DNA from: Azolla caroliniana
Lineage: Eukaryota > Plantae > Polypodiophyta
NCBI GenBank assembly: GCA_043228905.1
Contig: JBHGNT010000012.1
Location: 16,616,001-16,680,000, forward strand
Direction: 5' to 3'
Length of the DNA: 64,000 bases
How positions within the stretch are numbered: position 1 is the stretch's first letter; the number at the start of each line of letters is the position of its first letter. Shown here one piece after another: positions 62,551 to 64,000 of the stretch. A program made the position numbers and the translations under genes. Under the pieces are notes generated by a model. That model made no database searches and had not been told where the DNA came from. It saw nothing but the letters and a program-made list of their open reading frames with translations.

Positions 62551-64000
62551 TGTAATGCATAAAATATTATTTTCATTTATATTTTATTATAAGAAAGTAA
62601 TGTATATTCCAGATTTCTCTGGAACATTCTAGAAGTTTCAAGATTACTCCTGAGAACACTATAAAAGAAGGCACTAGGCATTATGTTGAACCAAATTGGT
62701 TCAACGCCAGTCTTAAGCCTCTTAGCCATTTTGTACTTATCCTTCACATAATATATTGGCTGTTATCATCATCTCTCTCTCTCATCCTCGCTATCTCTCT
62801 TTTCTCTTCTCTCTTTCTCTCTCTCTCGGGAGTCTTACGTAGTCCCGTCCTCTTAGTACTAATAATACTGCTCTTTTTTAGTACTAATTCCATCTCTGCT
62901 TTAGTACTATTCCTGACAGTTTGAACCAATTTTCTTCCTCTAGCCTACTTGTCGTTCTCCCTCATCCTCCTACCCTTTTCCCTATACTATGGCTACTGTT
63001 AGCGCCCAAGAATATCAATCCGTTTTCTCCGAGCTACAGTGCCTAAAAGAAAAATTTGTTGCCTTGGAACAAGAAAACCAACGGCTGATAGGGGATCTGC
63101 AACAAATCGCTCTAGAAAAGCAACAAACGCAGCAACAACATGGGGAGTTAGCGTTACGGGTGCAACAACTCGAAGCGGCATTGCAACAACAAGGATCAAG
63201 TCCCCAAGGATTTCATAAAGAGCCGAAGATTGGACTTCCTGTGAAATTTGATGGAACGCGATCGCAATTCAGGGGATTCCTTAATCAAGTATGATTAGTC
63301 CTCCAAATGCATCCTTCCCGATACCCCACTGATGCATCCTGAGTCGGCTTAATAGGCACGTTGCTTAGCGTCTCAGCCTTAGCATGGTTCGCTCCGCTTC
63401 TAGAAAAACAATTGCCCTTGCTTAATAACTTTGAAGATTTTATTAGTGAGTTTAAAGCCTGCTTTGGAGACACCGACAACATCAGGACGACGATCAACAA
63501 GATCCGGCGATTGCGTCAAGGCGATCGTCCAGCCTCTGCCTACGCGGCGGATTTCCGCCTACTCGCTTCAGATATCCCCTGGGATGATCAGGCACTAATG
63601 GAGCAGTTTCGCTATGGCCTGCGAAACGATGTCAAATATCTACTTCTAACTTTCCCCGAAGAACCAAAGTCTCTTACGGAGGCAATCAGTCGAGTGGTCC
63701 GATGTGACAACCGCCTTTTCGAACAGCGTTCGGAACGTCAATTACAGATACCACGCTCTAGGCCGGAGCCCACTTATGCCTTAGTCGCGGCTAAACCGTT
63801 TGCACGAGACATACCGATGGAGATCGATATCATGCGTCGACGCGGCCCGTTATTGAAAGAAGAAAAGCAACGACGACGTGCAAATAGATTATGTCTTTAT
63901 TGCGGTGGACCAGGGCATATCGCAATCAATTGTCCCCATAGGCCAAGAAGACAGGTAAATCAAATTGTAGCCTGTACTAAACCCGAGTCAATTCTTCCCT
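62551..64000 (+). mobile_element. Tcn1/Tf1-type chromovirus: 5' LTR 62551-62918 and start of gag, running off the window
   Basis: TG...CA LTR with TATAAAA at 62660 and a non-tRNA PBS TTGAACCAATTT at 62921-62932. Confidence 0.85.
62989..64000 (+). pseudogene. gag of the Tcn1/Tf1-type element with in-frame stops
   Basis: EPKIGLPVKFDGTRSQFRGFLNQV, LRQGDRPASAYAADF, PMEID and CLYCGGPGHIAINCP; TGA stops near 63292 and 63340. Confidence 0.9.

Overview
Eukaryotic DNA, most likely from a non-seed land plant (inferred from a MIR319 hairpin, a Tcn1/Tf1-type chromovirus and short GT-AG introns). Bases 1-6849 are the right part of a DNA transposon carrying two divergent genes: an intact 890-aa Sola-like DDD transposase with a C-terminal BAH/Tudor-like module, and a six-exon gene, pseudogenised in this copy, for a ParB/Srx domain fused to a beta-class DNA amino-methyltransferase (DIPY ... 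FSGTG). This element ends in ...GATCCGGTG inside the 5' LTR of a Ty3/gypsy element and is the most notable system in the window. Bases 6850-49143 are a deeply nested stack of gypsy and copia LTR retrotransposons and solo LTRs, many with readable TSDs, PBS and PPT. Bases 49-62.5 kb are AT-rich intergenic DNA containing a minus-strand MIR319 gene and its probable promoter. The window ends in a chromovirus with a Tf1-type self-priming PBS. No intact host protein-coding gene was recognised. All calls were made by eye, without database searches.
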